Part shown: positions 26,728 to 31,753 of the stretch, piece after piece
How the letters are laid out: the number at the start of each line of letters is the position of its first letter
Numbering within the stretch: the stretch's first letter is position 1
Virus record (IMG/VR): IMGVR_UViG_3300020463_001633
Span: 1 to 31,753 of that record
Reading direction: 5' to 3' (one strand)
Length of the DNA: 31,753 nt
Source: a virus
Taxonomy: Duplodnaviria; Caudoviricetes
Made by a program: the position numbers and the translations under genes
Notes under the pieces: model-generated
Seen by the model: only the letters and a program-made list of their open reading frames with translations
The model's database searches: none
What the model was told of the DNA's origin: nothing

Positions 26728-26743
26728 TAGCATAATTATTTGT

Positions 26744-27142
26744 ATGCCAAAACTGAATCTAATCACAGAGCCTGACAAGTTGCATAACGAGAACAAGAGT
26801 GTATTGCTTATCAATCCTGCTGAAAGTGTAAAGCATGATTTTAATGAAAGAGCAAAACAATTTGAAAAAGATGTTAATGTCTATATGTTTGAAGTGAAAG
26901 ATCCAGATGATGAACAAAACTTAAAATGGTTAATTGAAATAGCAAACGCAGTTGATGTAATAATATTTGATGTCAACGGCACATTTAAAGACAGATGGTT
27001 AATAGGTTATGTTTTGAACAAAACAAATTGCTATTATATATGGCATGGTAGCAGTGCTTTTGAATTCAATTTGATTAACAATAATAGAGTGTACGATCTA
27101 GAATTTTTACCAAGTAAAATTAAAGAACTGGAGCACAAATAA
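26744..27142 (+). CDS. hypothetical protein
   Basis: 132-aa ORF coupled to the next gene. Confidence 0.7.
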   Translation: MPKLNLITEPDKLHNENKSVLLINPAESVKHDFNERAKQFEKDVNVYMFEVKDPDDEQNLKWLIEIANAVDVIIFDVNGTFKDRWLIGYVLNKTNCYYIWHGSSAFEFNLINNNRVYDLEFLPSKIKELEHK

Positions 27143-27792
27143 TGCCAATGAAAGCCGACTTATGGTTTCCAACTGTGATATGGAATGATCATTTGAAAGA
27201 TACTAATAATATCGAATTAAAAGATTATGTAGAAAAACTTGCTCAAGAAGATAAAGAAGGCAAAGTTGCATCTAACTATGGCGGTTGGCAAAGTAAGTCT
27301 TTTGAAATACTTGATCAAAAGCCTTTAGCAATAGAAAGATTCATGCACTCACTTCAGAGATGTATAAACGAGTGTACCAAAATGGCAGGTATGCCTGACT
27401 TGATTATATCTGATTACTGGTGGAATATAAACTATCACAAAGATTACAATCAGCCTCACAATCACAGAGACAGTATGCTGAGTGGTGTGTATTATATAGA
27501 TGTGCCTGAAGATTCAGATTCCAAAATACACTTTGACAGAGAAGACGAAGCACAATATTATCTACCTAGATTGATGCCCAAACGCAATCAAATTACCGCA
27601 GTAAGAGCCACATACACTCCAGTCAATAATGGCATACTAATATTTCCTAGTTGGGTCATTCACTATGTTGATGGTAATAAGTCGCAGAAACCAAGAATAT
27701 CTATGAGTTTCAATACAAGTATCGCGGCAACTGAAGCCAACAATGAATTGGCTAAGATGAATGGCTATCCACCATTGACACAAAATGAGTAG
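27142..27792 (+). CDS. putative 2OG-Fe(II) oxygenase (TIGR02466-like)
   Basis: SNYGGWQS, W.NIN, HNH..SMLSGVYY, IFPSWVIHYV and RISMSFN. Confidence 0.85.
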   Translation: MPMKADLWFPTVIWNDHLKDTNNIELKDYVEKLAQEDKEGKVASNYGGWQSKSFEILDQKPLAIERFMHSLQRCINECTKMAGMPDLIISDYWWNINYHKDYNQPHNHRDSMLSGVYYIDVPEDSDSKIHFDREDEAQYYLPRLMPKRNQITAVRATYTPVNNGILIFPSWVIHYVDGNKSQKPRISMSFNTSIAATEANNELAKMNGYPPLTQNE

Positions 27793-27810
27793 TGTGTTAT
27801 TATGCTTTAG

Positions 27811-28521
27811 ATGGCTACGTCTAAACAAAAACAAGTTTTAATCGAAAAAATCAAAAACGAAAGAAAGTTTTATGAACTTAGGTTCGAAGCCTATGGCGGT
27901 GAAGCAGTCATGGGTCATATTACCAAAGAGGCATACAACTATTGGAGTAAAAGACAAGACAAGTTAGGTCAGTATCTTGCAGAGTATAGAGATATGAATA
28001 TGCTTAACAAGGTGCCAAAAAAAGCACAACTTGAAAGAGACTGGTATGAACATGATGATATCACACACGTCAGCGGTTGTGAATTGTCTGACAGTTGCAC
28101 ATTGTATATTGACCAATATGATAAAGAGTTTAAATTTGAGGACACAATCCATGCAATACCTTTGGAATATGAAAAGTTAGGCAAGTATGGAATCAAATGC
28201 ATTGAAACAGGTACCTTTGATTCGGATCATTATTCCGTGGAAAACAAACATTATCTATTTGGGCAGAGTTTTGAAAAAGGTGTTTGGCACACAGAAGAAA
28301 AAATTAAAGGTGGCCCACACGGACTAAAGTTAGATCAATTACATCTTGAATATCAAAACATAGAAGGCTGGCCCGTAATATGCCATGTTGAATATGAAGG
28401 ATTCGAACATCATCTACAAGCAGACACCAGAGGCAAATCATTTACATTGGAAGTAAGAGAAGGATATCAAAGCAAAGATTTTGGTAAAAAAGATACAAAA
28501 AATATATGGTTAGACTCTTGA
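27811..28521 (+). CDS. hypothetical protein
   Basis: Follows TTGACA-N17-TATTAT (27775-27803). Confidence 0.7.
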   Translation: MATSKQKQVLIEKIKNERKFYELRFEAYGGEAVMGHITKEAYNYWSKRQDKLGQYLAEYRDMNMLNKVPKKAQLERDWYEHDDITHVSGCELSDSCTLYIDQYDKEFKFEDTIHAIPLEYEKLGKYGIKCIETGTFDSDHYSVENKHYLFGQSFEKGVWHTEEKIKGGPHGLKLDQLHLEYQNIEGWPVICHVEYEGFEHHLQADTRGKSFTLEVREGYQSKDFGKKDTKNIWLDS

Positions 28522-28576
28522 TTTTTTATAATAAGTTATTATATAATATAGTATCACAGTATGTGATAAATAATAG

Positions 28577-28635
28577 TGTAAGTTGCTTGGATAGGACTTA
28601 CATTAAATTAACTTGCTTAATAAGGAGGAAAAGCG
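28577..28635 (+). promoter_or_regulatory. ROSE-like RNA thermometer candidate
   Basis: Upstream hairpin, then CTTGCTT-AAT-AAGGAGG, where the UUGCU motif can pair with the SD. Confidence 0.55.
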
Positions 28636-29085
28636 ATGACAAATAAAGCACTATCTATATTCAATCAATTAAGACCAGTAACAGTAGGATTCGACAATGT
28701 GTTCGATCATTTTGAAAGAATGTTCGAAAATGACATTTACAGAATGCCAACTGCTACAAACTTTCCACCATACAACATAGTGAAGACTGGTGAATACACT
28801 TATGACGTGGAACTTGCACTTGCAGGTTTTTCAAAAAACGACATAGATGTAGAGTACAAAGACAATATGTTGACTGTTAAATCTAAGGAGAAGGACAAGT
28901 CCGAAGCCAAAGATACAGACGGTGTACTTCACAGAGGCATTAGCAAAAGATGGTTTTCTAAATCATTCACTATTGCTGATGATGTAGAAGTAAAGGGAGC
29001 AGAACTTAAAGATGGTTTGCTGAAAGTATCTATGGAACGTATAATTCCAGAAGGTAAAAAAGCAAGAACTATTGAAGTTAAGTAA
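28636..29085 (+). CDS. Hsp20 small heat-shock protein (IbpA-like)
   Basis: FPPYNIVK, ELALAGF, LHRGIS.R.F..F and AELKDGLL. Confidence 0.95.
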   Translation: MTNKALSIFNQLRPVTVGFDNVFDHFERMFENDIYRMPTATNFPPYNIVKTGEYTYDVELALAGFSKNDIDVEYKDNMLTVKSKEKDKSEAKDTDGVLHRGISKRWFSKSFTIADDVEVKGAELKDGLLKVSMERIIPEGKKARTIEVK

Positions 29086-29095
29086 CTTTGAATAT

Positions 29096-29117
29096 GGTAG
29101 GGTGGCAACACCCTACC
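29096..29117 (+). other. stable GNRA hairpin without U-tract
   Basis: GGTAGGGTG-GCAA-CACCCTACC. Confidence 0.7.
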
Positions 29118-29138
29118 TAACTTAAACAAGTAGGAATA

Positions 29139-29444
29139 ATGACAACAGATTTAGAAGTAAAAGTAGATTCGAAAGTAAAGGCACTGACAAAGGAACCAGA
29201 AAACTATTCAGTGATATTGTTAAATGATGAAGTGACTCCAATGGATTTCGTCATTGAATTGCTAGTCAAAATATTTAGGCACACGCCAGAAACAGCAAAA
29301 GACCTTACAATCAAAATCCACAACGAAGGTTCGGCAGTGTGTGGTGTATATACATATGAAATAGCAGAACAAAAAGGAACAGAAGCAACAAATGAAAGTA
29401 GAACTAGAGGCTTCCCTTTACAAGTTAAAATAGAATCGGAATGA
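29139..29444 (+). CDS. clpS: ATP-dependent Clp protease adaptor
   Basis: Y.VILLNDEVTPMDFV, IHNEG.AVCGVYTYEIAE and FPL. Confidence 0.93.
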   Translation: MTTDLEVKVDSKVKALTKEPENYSVILLNDEVTPMDFVIELLVKIFRHTPETAKDLTIKIHNEGSAVCGVYTYEIAEQKGTEATNESRTRGFPLQVKIESE

Positions 29445-30007
29445 GCCTAAAAGAATTAACCAAACAAGTACACCAAGATGCAGAACGACAAGAGTTCGTA
29501 GGAGAACTGATGTCTGGCAAAATGTCAAACGAAATGTATGCAACGTTCTTATGGAACCAACACGCAATATACAATTTGTTAGAAGCCTGTGCAATGGCAA
29601 ACAGTTTATTCAATGACTTTCCAACTGTGCGTAGAGCACCAAAAATATTAGCGGACTTCCAAGAACTTTGGAAAGAGTCTGAAAATCCCACATTAACTGA
29701 ATCAACTGAAAAATATGTTAGACACATTTTTAATATCAAGGACGATCCTGAAAAACTAATGGCACACATTTACGTTAGACACATGGGTGACTTGTCCGGT
29801 GGTCAAATGATTAAAAAAAGAGCACCTGGCAAAGGCACAATGTATGAGTTTGATTGTGATATTAAAGAAACAAAAGAAATAATAAGATCAAAAACAAATG
29901 ACAGTATGGCAGAAGAAGCCAAACTTTGTTTTGAATACGCAACACAACTATTTAAGGAATTGTATGCCGAGAAAAAAGAGACTGACCAACAAGTGGGATC
30001 TAATTAA
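29441..30007 (+). CDS. hemO: heme oxygenase
   Basis: LKELTKQVH.DAE and AHIYVRHMGDLSGGQMI. Confidence 0.92.
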   Translation: MSLKELTKQVHQDAERQEFVGELMSGKMSNEMYATFLWNQHAIYNLLEACAMANSLFNDFPTVRRAPKILADFQELWKESENPTLTESTEKYVRHIFNIKDDPEKLMAHIYVRHMGDLSGGQMIKKRAPGKGTMYEFDCDIKETKEIIRSKTNDSMAEEAKLCFEYATQLFKELYAEKKETDQQVGSN

Positions 30008-30179
30008 AATTAAAGTATTAGAAGACGAAATAAAGTATTTTAAAAGTTGTATTCTCGAACACGACACAGGACATATTTACACCACAATAGATGCATTAGA
30101 AACAAGAGTAAGATTACTTAAAGGAATAGAAACAGATGATCCTTTTATACATCATAGAACGGATCCTAATTTAATATGA
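29964..30179 (+). CDS. hypothetical 71-aa protein between hemO and pcyX
   Basis: AAGGA SD before ATG 29964 (MPRKKR...). ATGA overlap with the next gene. Confidence 0.6.
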   Translation: MPRKKRLTNKWDLIKIKVLEDEIKYFKSCILEHDTGHIYTTIDALETRVRLLKGIETDDPFIHHRTDPNLI

Positions 30180-30871
30180 GTTATATTTGGGACACACTAA
30201 TAGACTGCCAAGAACAAATTATAAAAGAGTTTGATTCAAGAGGTGAAGAGATTCAAGAAGAAGGAATGGCACAATTTAATCAACCTGATAACGGTTGGAT
30301 TAATAGAGTGTGGCAAACGGAAGATTGTAGACGTTGTCATATAGATGTAGTAGATGCTAGAGAGTCAAAAGGATTGTGGATGATGCACGTATGCATCTTT
30401 CCAAATTTAGATAATAATGGTCCTATATATGGCTTTGATGTAATTGCAGGTAAAAATAAAATTACAGGAGCCTTTCATGACTTTTCAAAAAGTTCAGGCG
30501 GTGAAGAACATCCTTTAATAGATTGGTTTAAAGAAGCAGTTGAAGAATTTATTCCTAGTAAAAGAAGAGAATTACCTCAATGGGCATTGAACATATTCAG
30601 TGGTTCAATGATTGCGGCAGGTAACGTAAGGACCGACGAAGAAGCAAAAGCAATAGTGGACCTTGCAGTAGACAATTTAAAAGTTTACTTTGATTGCATA
30701 TGCGATTATAGACAAACAGCAGACAAAGAAAAAACAACAGAAGCACAAAACTATTATTGCCATAATCAACAACAAAATCCACACACACCAAAAGTAATGA
30801 AATCGCTTGGATTAAAAGAAGAAGATGTAGAACTGTTCTGTACAGATGCATTGTTTCCAAAAATAAAATAA
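30176..30871 (+). CDS. pcyX: ferredoxin-dependent bilin reductase, PcyX-like
   Basis: RRCHID, MMH.CIFP, PIYGFD, RELPQWA..IFS and QNYYCHNQQQNPHT. Confidence 0.8.
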   Translation: MSYIWDTLIDCQEQIIKEFDSRGEEIQEEGMAQFNQPDNGWINRVWQTEDCRRCHIDVVDARESKGLWMMHVCIFPNLDNNGPIYGFDVIAGKNKITGAFHDFSKSSGGEEHPLIDWFKEAVEEFIPSKRRELPQWALNIFSGSMIAAGNVRTDEEAKAIVDLAVDNLKVYFDCICDYRQTADKEKTTEAQNYYCHNQQQNPHTPKVMKSLGLKEEDVELFCTDALFPKIK

Positions 30872-30936
30872 AAAGCCAAGCAATACGCCTTTTCTAACAG
30901 TTTGACACATTGTATCAATTGTGTTAATATATTAAT

Positions 30937-31095
30937 ATGTTACACACAATAGATGATATTAAAATAAAGTTGACTGCCATGAAGGTTAAAAGCATGGAAA
31001 TTGAAAAAGCCATTGCTGAAAAAAGACCAGAAGAAGAAATACAGTTCCTTACAGATGAACTGAAGCAGATGGCAATGGAAATTGCAAAAGGGTAA
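30937..31095 (+). CDS. 52-aa hypothetical protein, absent from ORF track
   Basis: Follows TTGACA-N17-TAATAT (30902-30930). TAATG-coupled to the next gene. Confidence 0.6.
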   Translation: MLHTIDDIKIKLTAMKVKSMEIEKAIAEKRPEEEIQFLTDELKQMAMEIAKG

Positions 31096-31574
31096 TGTTA
31101 GTTAATATAACAGGTGGAAACAAACACCTGAGATCACTAGCACAGAGTCTAGTCGAATATTGTGCAGAACATCTGTTTCCTAATAATCTTAAAAACAAAA
31201 TAACATTAGACATTGAATTTTCTAAACAACTATACAAAGAAGATGGTATATTAGGTGAAATTGATTTTGATGATTCGAATCACCGACCAAGAGAATTTAC
31301 AATCATTGTAGATTGTACAGGTTCCAAGCGAACTATGATGGAGACCATTGCACATGAAATGGTACACCTAAAGCAATATGCCAAGGGTGAGTTGGTTGAT
31401 TTGAGCAGATGTGGTTCCACAAGATGGCAGAACAACTTGGTGGACAGCCAGACCAATTACTGGGATCTGCCCTGGGAAATTGAGGCACATGGCAAAGAGT
31501 TGGGACTGTTCATTAGATGGGCAGAAGCAAAAAACCTCGCAAAACACAGTTGGACCCAAGAAAAAGTTTTATAA
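31095..31574 (+). CDS. HEXXH zinc-metallopeptidase-like phage protein
   Basis: TIAHEMVHLKQY and YWDLPWEIEAH. Confidence 0.75.
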   Translation: MLVNITGGNKHLRSLAQSLVEYCAEHLFPNNLKNKITLDIEFSKQLYKEDGILGEIDFDDSNHRPREFTIIVDCTGSKRTMMETIAHEMVHLKQYAKGELVDLSRCGSTRWQNNLVDSQTNYWDLPWEIEAHGKELGLFIRWAEAKNLAKHSWTQEKVL

Positions 31575-31634
31575 ACTACTACTTTAATTAATTTCTGGTG
31601 CTTTTTCAGAGCAGATTTTTAATTAAATAGTAGT

Positions 31635-31753
31635 ATGAAATCCAAAAGACACTACAAGATTAAAATCAAGAAAGCACTTGAGAGAAGAGGCGACGAAGCG
31701 GACTACTTTCCTACAGACGCGGTTGCTGTCAGATGGTACAATATTTTAAATCA
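31635..31753 (+). CDS. hypothetical protein (3' truncated)
   Basis: ATG 5 nt after TAAATA, frame open to the window end. Confidence 0.55.
   Translation, partial: MKSKRHYKIKIKKALERRGDEADYFPTDAVAVRWYNILN

Noticed and set aside
29441-30871. Cyanophage assignment from ho1/pcyA
   Set aside because: tmRNA signatures and DUF1178 point to Alphaproteobacteria, and no photosynthesis genes occur in the window.
18-31559. Minus-strand ORFs in the track
   Set aside because: All are shadows of convincing + strand genes or of the tmRNA, with no recognisable motifs or SD.
1-31753. Stop-codon reassignment
   Set aside because: Known genes are full length under code 11, and TAA, TAG and TGA all end genes.

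Overview
A 31.7-kb, AT-rich, gene-dense segment with essentially all genes on the + strand. It is best read as part of a large T4-like (myovirus-type) marine phage infecting an alphaproteobacterium; the host call rests on a circularly permuted tmRNA with alphaproteobacterial signatures, DUF1178 and a hemO/pcyX pair. It contains a late/virion block (about 2.7-14.2 kb) with TAAATA promoters, a Pol-beta-like nucleotidyltransferase next to an RNA-ligase-like gene, three paralogous monocistronic cassettes that share a structured GGAG-loop leader, a core/scaffold-like gene and a beta-helix tail protein. It also has a nucleotide-metabolism block (nrdA, nrdB, glutaredoxin, HAD) and many auxiliary genes (YbaN, SufT, NifU, two 2OG-Fe oxygenases, CspA, Hsp20, ClpS, heme oxygenase, bilin reductase, lipoproteins). 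The most unusual signals are at RNA level: the covarying leader hairpin and 3' repeat of the three cassettes, two identical C-A9-G candidate -1 frameshift sites, a tmRNA with a 23-aa tag, a ROSE-like thermometer and a large set of apparently leaderless genes. A minimal malonyl-CoA-decarboxylase-like protein and apparent AGCT/GCWGC avoidance also stand out. All protein calls come from motif recognition by eye; no searches were run.
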